64,000 nucleotides of DNA from contig NW_027191474.1 of the NCBI RefSeq assembly GCF_011745625.1, forward strand, positions 248,001-312,000. The letters run 5' to 3'. This document shows, piece by piece, positions 25,566-37,278 of this stretch. The notes beneath the pieces were generated by a model. That model saw nothing but the letters and a program-made list of their open reading frames with translations. It did no database searches and was not told the origin of the DNA. A program made the translations under genes and the position numbers. Positions within the stretch are counted from its first letter, which is position 1; each line of letters opens with the position of its first letter. This DNA comes from Cladosporium halotolerans (Eukaryota).

Positions 25566-27350
25566 ATGGAGAAGCTCCAGTACGAGCTCGAGCGGACAGA
25601 TCCGCACGTGCCCTTCCGGGCCTCGACCAAACACCTCCACCATACCTGGGCCAAGACCTTCATCTCGCGCCCAGAGCTCTACATTAAGCCGCAGTCGCTC
25701 GAAGAGGTCCAGAAGCTCGTCACTCTTGCGCGCAGATGTCGCAAGCGCCTCGTGGTCGTCGGCTGCGGCCATTCGCCCAGCGATCTCACCTGCACGAGCT
25801 CATGGATGGTGAATCTGGACAACTATGCGCGGGTGCTGAAGGTGGATAAGCAGCGCAAGACTCTCACGGTGGAGGGCGGCATCAGGTTGCGCAAGCTGAA
25901 TGACGAGGCCAATAAAAATGGACTTACTATGCCGAACTTGGGCAGCATCGACGAGCAGAGCATCGTTGGCGCCATTTCGACCGCGACCCACGGGAGCTCG
26001 CTGAAGCACGGCTTGCTGTCACAGAACATCAGGTCTCTGCGCATCGTCCTGGCCAACGGTCAGGCGGTACGCTGCTCGGCCGACCACAACCAGGAGCTTT
26101 TCCGCGCCGCGCTGTGCTCCCTCGGCGCTCTCGGAATCATCGTGGAAGTGGAATACGAAATGTGCGATGCCACCAACATCGAATGGGAGCAAACCCTCAT
26201 GCCAATGGACTACATCCTGGAGAATTGGAGTAAGGACCTCTGGACCCGTAAAGAATTCACTCGTGTCTGGTGGATGCCCTACATGAAGCGCGCTGTAGTC
26301 TGGTCCGCGGAGAAGACCTCGAATCCGGAACGCGAGGCTGTCAGCAGCTGGTACGGTGGCTCTGTTGGCTTCCACACTTACCAGAACCTGCTTTTCATCT
26401 CCAACTACGTGCCTTTTGTCTTACCGTGGATCGAATGGTTCGTCTTTGGCATGCAGTATGGTTTCACCACCGGCAAGACTGAATCCGCGGTGGAGCCATT
26501 GCAGAAGGGCCTTCTCATGAATTGCCTGTTCTCGCAATTTGTCAACGAATGGGCCATCCCTCTCAGCAAGGGCCCGGAGGCGATCACTCGACTTAGCGCA
26601 TGGATCAATGGCAACAAGGGCGATGGAAGGATTCCGTTCTCGACCAAGGGCTTGTACATCCACTGTCCCATCGAGGTCCGCGTCAGCGACACGACCATCT
26701 CGCCACACCCCCGTCCCTACCTTGACAATACCTGCCGCGAAGAGCCGACTCTCTACCTGAATGCGACCTTGTACAGGCCTTACCTGCAAGACCCGCCCTG
26801 CCGGGAGCGCTACTACGAAGCCTTCGAATGGCTGATGCGCGATATGGGCGGCCGCCCGCACTGGGCGAAAAACTGGACATATACTTCTTCGGACGACATC
26901 GACGCAATGTTCGGAAAAGACATGCAGGAATGGATCAGGATCCGCAACGACGCTGACCCAGAGGGCATGTTCTTGGGCGAATGGCACCGTCGCGACCTAC
27001 CGTTCCCTAGTGAGCAAAAGTTCGCTTTGCAGGAGCGAGAAGTCGCCCGCACCAAAGCGCGGAACGGAGGCCAATTCTGGGTGGGCGAGCTGCAGGCTGG
27101 TCACTCAAGCGTACGAGACGCGTATGGGCCCACCGAGAAGGCAGGGTCCGTCAGCCCGAGTGCTGCATCAAGCGACGAGAGCTTCAATCTGATGCATGAG
27201 GCTGAGGCTGAGCGGAGCGGCATCCTGGGGTCTTGGTCTACGGACGATTTGGGTGATGCCGAGGGCGAGAAGACAGATGCTGAATTGCGGCGAACACACG
27301 GTCATCCCGTGAGCGGATGGACCGGTACGAAAGTGTTTGACAAGATGTAG
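25566..27350 (+). CDS. ALO1: D-arabinono-1,4-lactone oxidase
   Basis: HHTWAKTF, VGCGHSPSDL (covalent FAD His), LGSIDEQSIVGAISTATHGSS, PIEVRVS, GGRPHWAKN. Confidence 0.93.
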   Translation: MEKLQYELERTDPHVPFRASTKHLHHTWAKTFISRPELYIKPQSLEEVQKLVTLARRCRKRLVVVGCGHSPSDLTCTSSWMVNLDNYARVLKVDKQRKTLTVEGGIRLRKLNDEANKNGLTMPNLGSIDEQSIVGAISTATHGSSLKHGLLSQNIRSLRIVLANGQAVRCSADHNQELFRAALCSLGALGIIVEVEYEMCDATNIEWEQTLMPMDYILENWSKDLWTRKEFTRVWWMPYMKRAVVWSAEKTSNPEREAVSSWYGGSVGFHTYQNLLFISNYVPFVLPWIEWFVFGMQYGFTTGKTESAVEPLQKGLLMNCLFSQFVNEWAIPLSKGPEAITRLSAWINGNKGDGRIPFSTKGLYIHCPIEVRVSDTTISPHPRPYLDNTCREEPTLYLNATLYRPYLQDPPCRERYYEAFEWLMRDMGGRPHWAKNWTYTSSDDIDAMFGKDMQEWIRIRNDADPEGMFLGEWHRRDLPFPSEQKFALQEREVARTKARNGGQFWVGELQAGHSSVRDAYGPTEKAGSVSPSAASSDESFNLMHEAEAERSGILGSWSTDDLGDAEGEKTDAELRRTHGHPVSGWTGTKVFDKM

Positions 27351-28135
27351 CTTTCCCTTAATATACTCAATGATGACGATACGTCCCACAATCGTTTTCT
27401 CGGTGGCCCTTTGAACTCTTGATGGGTGCACGCACGCTCGTTCATGGAGGCGCACCTGGCAATTATCGGACGATCGTCGCTCGTAGGTACCGAGGTAGTT
27501 TCGTAAAGAGTATTTCGAGGCTCTTAGTGGACTCAATGATGTCTAACTTGTAGCGAGGTCTTTCGTGTCTTCGGGGACTAGGGATCTCATCATGAAGTGA
27601 TAGGAAAGTCATCGTCCCGCCATCTTCACGGCCTCAACATGCCAACAAGTGCTTTCAACGACGCCCAAGACGCTTGCGTGCTCTCACTGTGTAAAGCGTC
27701 GTGATTTCAAGATATAGCCCCTTTCTAGCGGCATAGGAATATGTACACGACATGGTCAAGCCGAGGCCGCGTTCTTCGAGGCAAACCCTTGAGCCGGCGT
27801 CGGCGCAGAGTCAAACCTGGCACGTCTGGAACGTTGAAGTCGACTCGGAAGGCTCCGGCTCACGTAATTGGCCGGCGTGTATGAGAGAATAGCAGAAAAT
27901 CCAACGGACGGGGCACGGCGATGGCGCTAGAAGCAACGTCTTAGTAACACTTGGGGTCTCTTGGATGGCGTGATACCGTCTAACGATGGCGATCCCGGCA
28001 GAGATTTACCAGACGTATACAGTACAATTTCGCAGGCGCTGCGAACCGTAACCAACAACGTTCTACCTATCTTTCTTCGCGCCTTCGACGATCTGCACCC
28101 GCCGTCCACGTGCCTACGCGGCAAAGTTTCGCAGC

Positions 28136-29582
28136 ATGGTCGACTCTTTCGTCGTCCCCACCGAGGGCCCCGAGTCTGCCCCGAGGAAACATGGCTCATT
28201 CTTCCGGTCCGTGCCGTTCCAGATCTTGGTCGCGTGCGGCGTGTCCTTCACAGCGCCCGGCATGTGGGATGCCTTAGGCGGCCTTGGAGCTGGTGGTGCT
28301 GCTGAGCCATACGCTGTGAGCGCTGCCAACGCCCTTGTCTATGGCCTCTTCGCCATAGTCTGTGTCCTCGCTGGAGCAATCAACAACCGCATCGGACTCA
28401 AGTATGGCCTCGCCCTCGGTGCCATTGGCTACCCGCTCTACGGTGCCGGCCTCTACACCAACAACGTGAACTCGACGACATGGTTCATGCTTTTCGGCAG
28501 CGCTCTATGCGGCATTTCCGCTGGATTCTTTTGGGCCGCTGAGGCTGCCATCATCATCGGCTACCCCTCGCCCAAAGACCGCGCCTTTTATCTGGCCGTC
28601 TGGCAGACTGCGAAGGCCGCCGGCCCCATCGTCGGCGGCGCCATCAATCTTGGGCTCAACGCCCAGAAGTCGACCTCTGGCTCCGTGGGATCGGCAACTT
28701 ACATTGTCTTCATCGTCATCATGTGCCTTGGTCTTCCCATCGCGTTGATGCTGAGTCCCGCGGAAAAGGTCTGGCGCAAGGATGGCACCAAAGCCGTCAC
28801 ACTGAAGAAGCCGACCTGGTCAGAGGAATTCAAAGCCGTCTTCAAGCTCATGATCTCCAGGCGCATTCTGCTCCTGATCCCGGCTTTCTTCATCAGCTAC
28901 TTTTACAATGGCTTCATGAGCACCTGGCTCACGACGTACTTCACCGTTCGTTCCCGAGCCTTTTCCTCGTTCTTCACCAACTTCTCCGGCATCTTCAGTT
29001 CTTTCATCATCGCCTCATTGCTCGACAGGCAATCGATTTTCATCAAGACACGCGCCAAAATTGCGTTCAGCTGCATTGTCGTGCTCCTTACCGGCACCTG
29101 GATCTGGGCCACCATTCTGCAAAAGCAATTTTACGACGCCGCTGAGCCGCCCGTCTGGGATTGGTTCAAAGGTGGCTTCGGCAAGTCATACGCTCTCGTG
29201 TTCTTCTGGCAGTTTTCTGGCCAGGCGTTCCAGCAATTCCTTTACTGGCTCGTCGGTCAATACGCAACGGATCTGTCCTCGCTCTCGCACCACACGGGCA
29301 TTCTTCGTGGGTTCGAGGCCTTGGGCCAGACTGTTGCATGGGCGTAAGTTTCCACCGTTTTCCTCTTATGATCGGCACGACGCTAACAATATTCACAGCA
29401 TGCAATCCGAGGGCAATGCGAACCATTTCGTCAGCATCGGCATCAACTTTGGCGTTCTGATACTCTGCGTTTTCCCCACGTGGATAGTGCTGTCCGAGCT
29501 GGAGCACAGCCACGAGGTAAAAGTTACGGAAGAAGAGGTAGCCGGGAAGGTCCTCGAGGAAGAAGCCGCGTCGAAGTCATAA
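28136..29582 (+). CDS. MFS transporter, UNC-93-like; intron 29344-29398
   Basis: PGMWDALGGLGAGG, G.SAGFFWAAE..I..GYP and multiple TM helices. The splice gives WA-MQSEGN. Confidence 0.85.
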
Positions 29583-30161
29583 GATACCCAAGCGTCAGTT
29601 CGCTTTTTTGCAGTTAGTTTCAACAACAAGCAGCCTCAATGGCACTGCCCCCATTTTTACTCCTCTCTTCCTGCAAGATCCCACCAGAATCAACACGATA
29701 GGTCGCAAGACTCGCAACTACTGCGTGCCGTGCTTGCGTTATTTTCTGACTGATGATATGAGGCCTTGGCTGCGGGTAATATGCTATAGCGCACGGCCCT
29801 ACCTGCGGGAAGAATGGCTGAGACGCCGCAGTAACCGGCGAACGACGCTGAAGATGCCCAGAGACGGTGGAGGACGATTTCAGTGCCGTGCGGATCAGTG
29901 CTGGGTGTGGAGATGGTTCTTGGAGGCCCGGTCTGATAAGCTTCGTTATCAGGATTGTTTAGGTAGGCGTGAGAAGGGACGATATCTCAACGGTGGTGGA
30001 TTTCCGGCTACCGCGCACCGCCGTACCCGTGCGGGCCCACACTCGTCCGCACCTGCCGCACGATATCAATGCGTGGAACGGTCTGCTGGTGAGATCGCTT
30101 CTCACATTGTATAGCAGCAAAGTGAGCGAGAAGAAGAGTCGTCGCCGACACACCGAAATTG

Positions 30162-31139
30162 ATGGCAGGCGCAGCAAAACAAATGCCCATGCAGGGTCCC
30201 GATGCGCGCGCCAATCAGCTCCAGGATGACGAAGAGCTCGAGAAACCCCGCGGCCAACCACCCGGCTTCTTCTCCCGCCGCAGGATACTCGGGCCCGTCG
30301 AAAAGGACTATGGCGATTACGGACTGCTGGCCTGCTCGTTGGTGACGGGTATGGTCGACGGGGCGTCATTCTTGAATTGGGGAGTTTTCGTCGGCATGCA
30401 GACTGGTAGGTTTCCCAACTCAGCAAGATCAACGTCAATCCCATGATTTCAATATACTTTCCTACGTAGTGTACACTATAAAGCTAACAGTTCCAAAGGC
30501 AACACCGTGATTCTTGGCTTGTCAACCGCCGGCCTCCCCGCGATGCCTCACGCCTGGCTGGCGACCCTCGTCTCCATTCTCGCCTTCCTTCTCGGCGCAA
30601 TGGCGACCTTCCACGTTTCGAAGTTTCTCACACCCAATGGCGTCACCAGCAACCGCTTATGGACGTGTTCTCTATTCGCACTTCAGGGGCTATTCATCCT
30701 CGTTGCAGCGGCGATCGCCACGCCCCAAAACATCATTCCTCAAAACCCGGCTGGCACCACCACTTCGACACCAGAGCCCGAATGGGTGAAACACGACATC
30801 CGCATCGTCAGTCTCCTCCCGTTGTTAGGTTGGCAGGCCGGGATGCAAATAGCCGCCTCGAGATTGCTCGGGTACAACGAACTGCCCGTCAACGTCGTCA
30901 CGTCGACTTACTGCGATCTCATGGGTGACTTCAAACTGCTCGCGACGAACAACGTCAAAAGGAACAGGCGTGCGGCGTCGGTTATCTTGCTCTTCATCGG
31001 CTCCGTGGTCAGTGCGTGGCTGATGAGGAGCCGTGGTGGGCTAGAGAGTGTGCTGTGGGTTGCGGGTGCGGTTAAGGTGCTGGCTGGTCTAGGCCTTTTC
31101 GCGTTGATTCCCCCACTGAAGGAGAAAGAGTTGCCGTGA
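30162..31139 (+). CDS. DUF1275/YoaK-family membrane protein; intron ~30406-30498
   Basis: TGMVDGASF..WGVFVGMQTG|NTVILGL, GMQIAASR..G..ELPVNVVTSTYCDL..D, KRNRRA. Alternative ATG at 30183. Confidence 0.85.
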
Positions 31140-31480
31140 TGATCTGTTAGTGACTTTAATGTTGGCTGCTTATTGGCGACGATCCATACTATGAGTAAGC
31201 GGTCGATAAAGCGTGACATTTCAGATAGAATAGACTCACATAGATGTTAGACCTTGATTGACAAAACGGAGGAAATTGGGGTATTTAAAAAAGGATTGAT
31301 GCTCAACACTGTCCTGCGTTGGACAAATGAGTCTCTACCTTCTATCATAATGCGTGTATCATTTGGAAACCTACGACCCGCGTCGTTCGAAAGTACGCTC
31401 GCTGGACCTTGTGAAACTAATAGGATGCCTTTTTTTGCAAACAAGCAACGCCAACACCGACCCAATGCATGTCATATCTT

Positions 31481-32517
31481 TCATGAAGCGCCCATCACCT
31501 GAGCGCCAGGGGCAGAGCCACTGACTTTGCCGCCCTGCTCGTCAAAGTGCTCGGGCCAGATGAACCTGCCCTCCTCGGCAGGAGTAGCAGCCGCGAAAGC
31601 GGGCACGGCGGTCTTGGAGCTGATGCGTCTCCACATGTTGGCGCGCGGGTTGAAGTTGACGGGCAGGCCTTGACCCCTGGTCTTCTTCTCGTCGATCTGG
31701 GCGATCTTGATGATCTCACGCTGGATGTCGGCAAAGGTGTCATAGGGAAGATACTTGATGTTCTTCTCGATGCAGTGCGCTTCGAGCGCGAGACCACGGC
31801 GGGCGAACAACACATCCGCCTGGCTGGCTGCTGCCAGATCGGACACACCATCGCCAATGAAGATAACCATGGGGATCGTGCCATCCTCGGATTCAATCTT
31901 GGCCGCATCTTTGTACTCGTTGATCGAGAGAGCCTTGTCGTGGCCAGACTCATGGTCATGGCGCCAGTGTGGTTTCCACTCGTGGCCTTCGCCGTCGATC
32001 GTAGCGTCGTTGGCGATGATGTCGATGCTCGCGCTGGATTCCTCGCCGATGAACAGGTCGAGAACGCGACGGAGGATGGGCTTGAGGCCTGCGGAGATGA
32101 CGTTGAAGGGGATCTTGTTGTTGAGGCAGAAGTCGTGGAAGGTCTTGAAGTCTTGGTCCAGCGTCAAGTGTTCTTGGATGGCTTTCAGACCCTGCTCGAA
32201 CGGCAGGTCCAGAGATCCCCACAGCTCTTCAGAAATGCCCTTGAATGTCTTCTCGCCATTCTTGAATTGCTTCTCGAGGCGCTCGCGCTGCTCTGAGCCA
32301 CATCCGTACTTGTTGAAGAGGACGTGGCCGGTGTCCTGCATGAAAATGGTGCCATCGAAATCTGGGGTTGAATGTGTTAGCATGGGTGACGTGTTTTCTT
32401 GCAAGCATGATCCGACTTACCAGAGAAGATGACGATCTTGCGAGTGGTTGGCAGCTTGTCGGTGGGAGGCGGGTTGCCTGTCGGTGGGACCGCGGGGCTG
32501 ACTGCGCTGGGTGCCAT
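31481..32517 (-). CDS. HAD-superfamily phosphatase, MtnX/YNL010W-like (one intron near 5' end)
   Basis: Spliced IVIFS|DFDGTI motif I, VISAGL motif II, GHDK, FIGDGVSDL..A..AD.LFA. Confidence 0.88.
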
Positions 32518-33611
32518 GATGCTCGCGTGAGGTGTTTTTCGTTGAATATGCGTTCAAGATGTCGCGAGAGGAGGCGGGACAAGTATGGTGAAGGAAACAA
32601 GTGAAGGGCACGCAGGAGGAAGATAAGAATGGGCGACCGGGGCGAGGTGCCGAAGCCACCTCTGCCTACCTGGAACCATCGTGAAATCGCAACATTATGT
32701 CAGAGGCCTGCCCGGCCCGCCCACAACGCCGTTTTCCTCGCGCCCAACAGCGCGTGGCCCGAGCCGAGTGCGCGTGGTGGAAGAGAGTGGATGGGACTGG
32801 TCTGGTGTGGCGGACGCGTCGCGGGGAGGGTTGACGTCGAGGGCGTGGGGCGGTGGGCGGTTGTGGGTCCGGAGCAGGAAGAAGGCGAAAACGTGGAGGA
32901 GACGGGCAGTCCTGGGCTCGCGCTGCACTGCCGCCGCCGAGAGGGCTCGCACCCTGTTATTGCACGGTACTTGTTCGGCATCTGCTGCCTGTAAATGTTT
33001 CCTCTGGAGCATCCGCATGCACGGGCGACGATCCGTGAGTGCCTTGAAACAGATGAGGTTGAGAGAAGCTCTGCAGACCGCGCAACTGACGCCCAATCGG
33101 CTGCCCCGCCACGCTTCTCTGGGAGACGTCTTTTTTTGTCGGCGATCATCGGGGTCGCCATCGCCGCAACAATCGATGCCGATGGCCACGCTATCGTTGT
33201 TTGATACAGGTTTGACCTCAGCATGAGGCAGCTGTGACTTCACAGGCTGGGCGTTGGTGGACCCTAGAGCGACTTTTTCTTCACATTCACCCAAATGATT
33301 AATCCTGTCGCCGCGGGGCGTAGGCACTCGTTGGCATGATAGTCTCAGCAATAATAATCACGTACCGTTTTTAACGATACAGCGCCGATCGCGTCGTCTA
33401 GCCCTACCGTAACCGACAATCTCACGCTGCGCCACCACCAGCGTTCACGTGTATCATGTATTCGAATTTCCGGTCGAAATTTCTTGCTTGTTGGCCTGGT
33501 TGCCTCCAAAATTTTGCTTGGATCAGCTTCCGCCTGAAGGAGACGCACAAGCATCTTCGCAACTGCTTTCACCTCCACTAGTAGTCAACTGCAGGGGCAA
33601 AAAAAATCCAA

Positions 33612-33684
33612 TGCCCTAAGACGGAGTCGAACCGGCGACCTCGTCATTACTAGTGACGCGCTCTACCAACTGAGCTATCAGGGC
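33612..33684 (-). tRNA. tRNA-Thr (anticodon AGT)
   Basis: GCCCTGATAGCTCAGTTGGTAGAGCG CGTCA CT AGT AA TGACG AGGTCGCCGGTTCGACTCCGTCTTAGGGCA, followed by an oligo-T Pol III terminator (A-run 33598-33606 on the plus strand). Confidence 0.93.
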
Positions 33685-34416
33685 TGGGCTATTGGATGGT
33701 TCGAAATCGTGCCACGCAGTCCTTGTAGCTTTTTTGAGAATGAGAAATGGGCTTGTCATACTTGAAGTTCGGAATGTAGGCCCAGAATGGCATTGGCCTT
33801 GATTCACATCTACTTGGTAGATCAAATAGAGGAAGCCATTTCCCTCACACTATGATAGTCGCTATGATCAGCGATATCAGCTCGAGTTTTGCTCTAGCTT
33901 GAGAACAATCAATTGAGGTCTACAAGTGCCTCAATAGGAAGTAATTTATGCGATTCAGTTGCGCAGCACCGAGAAGCACAAATCACAGCGGCAACTTGGC
34001 GACTGAACCACGGCCACCTCTTGTGCCCTAGGCTTCGAACAGGGGGTTCATCTGCAAAGCAATGCGAAAGTGCCAGTCGTCATGAAACTCGGCTGGGGAT
34101 CTCGTGGTATTATGACCATGCAAGAACTGCTTTTCGCGTCGTGAAGTCTTCGTATAACGTCGTGATTCATCAAATAGAAGCTATGCAGCCCTGCTTGCGT
34201 ATCGGCTCCAGAAAACTCATGCTGGTCCGGGCAGCACGAGCAGACGGTTCATAGCAAATAGTCTGATGCATGATCATGGATCCATGTTTCATTGATCCCC
34301 ATTTTGTAGGGAGGTTCAGGGTCGTTGCGAGATCGAGTGGCATGCGTATCATATGCGTCAATTTCTTGGGTTTGACTGTGCAACTGTTAGCGCGAGTTCT
34401 CTTGCAAGCTCTTCTT

Positions 34417-35127
34417 TTAATGGTGCCGCCCTACGTAGAATTCCGGGGGATTATCAGGCCCGAGCCATCCGCTTGATAGAGCATTTGTATCATTGTGCTG
34501 CTTTGACGGATTTGCACCTTGGTGAGACCCTGGGCCTGTAGCGTCGAGCTCTTGAGGTGGAAGATCTCCATGAAGCGGTGTGACTGCATCCCCTGCGGGC
34601 TTCTGCGTCTCAGAGCGACCCAGCTCCGATATCCTGTCCACCACGCTCTTGTGGGACTTGGTCAAATTCTTCTTCACAAAACCGGTCAAGAGGAAGTTGC
34701 ATCTCATGTCCACGTCTTCGCGAATGTACAATCCTTCTCTTGGAGCATCGCTGCCCAACTCCAAAGTCTCCCTCGGCTCTCCAGGCTCATTCCCACAAAC
34801 GGTCCATTTCCCACGAAGATCCAGACCGGCGGGGGCGAAGGTATGTGTCTGAATGCCATTGGGGAGGTCGTTGAAGCAGGCCTTGTACGTGACCTCACCC
34901 TTGTATAGTCCGCCTGGCAGATAGCTGATCTCGTCGGTAATCTCGTACCATGCGCACTCGAATTCATCCGCGGCCGCGTTCGGGGGAGGCGTCGTCTCGT
35001 GAAGGCGGAGTACGAGCGGGTTCAGCTTGATCATTTGCACATGGTCATGTAACCAGCTCACGGCGGCCCCACGGGTCACGCCAGCGGGTAAGGGCGTGAT
35101 GCTGGTGAATAAAGATCGCTTGGACAT
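34417..35127 (-). CDS. Conserved fungal hypothetical protein
   Basis: MSKRSLFTSITPLP...LHDH..MI.LNPLV...WYEITD...F.DLPNG.QTH..AP.G, a motif pattern I recall from Pezizomycotina hypothetical proteins. Confidence 0.7.
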   Translation of the reverse strand: MSKRSLFTSITPLPAGVTRGAAVSWLHDHVQMIKLNPLVLRLHETTPPPNAAADEFECAWYEITDEISYLPGGLYKGEVTYKACFNDLPNGIQTHTFAPAGLDLRGKWTVCGNEPGEPRETLELGSDAPREGLYIREDVDMRCNFLLTGFVKKNLTKSHKSVVDRISELGRSETQKPAGDAVTPLHGDLPPQELDATGPGSHQGANPSKQHNDTNALSSGWLGPDNPPEFYVGRHH

Positions 35128-35685
35128 AGAGAGCTTGACGGGTGACGGCGGTAGTAAGAGGTTGCAATCGCACGCGGAAGGTGTTGCATAGGCAAAGTGG
35201 GAGGTGAAATTCTGAAGAGACGACGCGACACAACAAGTATGAATTACGCCCAAGTAGGGCGGCTGCAGGGCGCATGGACAGAGCTATAACAGTCGTGGCG
35301 GTGCTGCAGGCCGGTATTGCGATGGTTCAGCGCTAGGGACCCCAGGCGAGACAAGCTTTCCGGGGCCGGGTCGGCTGCGAGCCGTCGGCGCGATGACGCA
35401 GTGCGTGTTGGCTCAAAATCGAACGAACGCCGCTCAGCCGTTGAAGATTGACGAGCTGCTAGGCGAGACGGGCGGACGGCAAGGGAGAGGGGAGCTCCAA
35501 GGTCTCCTCCGCGGCGAGGTCAAGAGGAAACTGGCCTGCCTCGACCTCACCTCTCACTTCCCATCTCTGCCCCCGCCAGCCCTGTCCGCTATCGCACTCT
35601 TTCACGGGCAGCCATCGACGCTGCGCATCAATTCTCCTGCCGCGAGCCAAGGCACCAACCCGCTGCCTCTCGAAAAGTGCGCGGT

Positions 35686-37179
35686 ATGGCGGTCTGGGAG
35701 GTGATCGAGGCGACGCCGCCTCACGTCACCTATATCCTGATTCCGACCTTCCTCGTCTCCTACACCCTCTTCGCCACCTTCATCCGCAACCGCCTCCATC
35801 TGAGCGAGCCACCCATCGCCCTCCTCTTCGGTATACTCGTGGGGCCACGCGTGCTCGGCTGGCTGACACCCATCGTCTGCGATGTGAACGGGTGTGCCGA
35901 CAAGTCTGCCGTAGGCGGGTGGGGATGGGGCGACCAGGTCCTTCAAGAGACCACCCGCGTCATCGTCGGCATTCAGGTCTTTGCTGTCGGTGTCGAGCTG
36001 CCCAAGTTCTACATGTCCCGCCACGGCCGTTCCGTCGCCATGCTACTCGGACCCGTCATGACCTTTGGCTGGTTGATCTGCTCCTTGTTCGTGTACTGGC
36101 TGTTCAACACGGACTTCCGTGCCGCGCTCGTTGTCGCAGCGTGCTTGACCCCAACAGACCCGGTCCTCGCCGCCTCCATTATCAGCAACAGTCAGTTCAG
36201 CAGCCGTGTGCCTAAGCGGATAAAGCACATGCTGGCCGCCGAGTCTGGTTGCAATGACGGTATCAGTTTTCCTTTCTTGTTCATCGGTCTCTACACACTC
36301 ACGGAAAGCAACGCCGCGAGCGTGGCCAAGAATTGGTTTTTGATGACTTTGTTGTGGCAATGCGCTTTTGGCATCTTCATCGGCCTTGTAATTGGCATGG
36401 CCTCGAATCGAGTCTTGCGTTTCAGCGCCGGCCGCAAATACATTGACGAGCCAGGCTTCACCGTCTTCTACCTGCTGCTTGCAGTTCTGAGCGTCGGAAT
36501 CGCGAGCATCCTGAACACGGACGATTTCCTCGTCGCCTTTGGGTGTGGCTACGGTTTCGCACGGGATGGCTGGTTCAGCAAGCGCACGGAGAAGACGCAA
36601 CTGCCCAGCATCATCGACCTGCTCCTCAACAGCGCCATGTTTGTCTACCTGGGCACCATCATTCCTTGGCACACCTTCTCCCCTGCATCTATCACACCCT
36701 CTGTGACACCCGGACGCCTGATTGCGTTCCTCGTTCTGGTGCTCCTCTTCCGCCGCATTCCCATCGTCCTCGCAACCTGGCGTTGGATCCCCGACATCCA
36801 CACCTGGACTGAGGCCTTCTTCTGCGGCCACTTTGGCCCGATGGGTCTGGGCGGGTTGTTCCTCGCCATCGAGGCGCGTGCAGTCCTGGAAACGGGATCG
36901 TCCGCTCCGCTGCCTCATCCACCACCTTATGGCAGGCCGTACAGCGACAAGGAGAAGGCGATCCAGATCATCTGGCCACTTGTCTGCTTCATCGTCTTCG
37001 GCTCGACTATCGTCCACGGTATGAGCGTGCTAGTGCTCAGCATCATTTCGCACTACTCGCGCCCGAAGAGCCATCGCTCAGCCTCCCTGGCAGGCGAGAC
37101 TGATCCTCTGAGCGGCATGGTGCACGGCGTCGGAGGTGGCGAAAGCGAGCCTGAGGATGAGAGCGACATTGAAGATTAG
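35686..37179 (+). CDS. Na+/H+ antiporter, CPA1 family (Nha1/Cnh1-like)
   Basis: IQVFAVGVELP, ACLTPTDPVLA, LAAESGCNDG, FFCGHFGPMG, STIVHG. Confidence 0.92.
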   Translation: MAVWEVIEATPPHVTYILIPTFLVSYTLFATFIRNRLHLSEPPIALLFGILVGPRVLGWLTPIVCDVNGCADKSAVGGWGWGDQVLQETTRVIVGIQVFAVGVELPKFYMSRHGRSVAMLLGPVMTFGWLICSLFVYWLFNTDFRAALVVAACLTPTDPVLAASIISNSQFSSRVPKRIKHMLAAESGCNDGISFPFLFIGLYTLTESNAASVAKNWFLMTLLWQCAFGIFIGLVIGMASNRVLRFSAGRKYIDEPGFTVFYLLLAVLSVGIASILNTDDFLVAFGCGYGFARDGWFSKRTEKTQLPSIIDLLLNSAMFVYLGTIIPWHTFSPASITPSVTPGRLIAFLVLVLLFRRIPIVLATWRWIPDIHTWTEAFFCGHFGPMGLGGLFLAIEARAVLETGSSAPLPHPPPYGRPYSDKEKAIQIIWPLVCFIVFGSTIVHGMSVLVLSIISHYSRPKSHRSASLAGETDPLSGMVHGVGGGESEPEDESDIED

Positions 37180-37278
37180 ATTACGATTGAATATGGTAGT
37201 ATCTAGGATTTAGGCGTGTCGTTTGATGTAGTATAGCACAGCAAGGTATCCGTTAACACCATGCTCTACCACCTTTCC

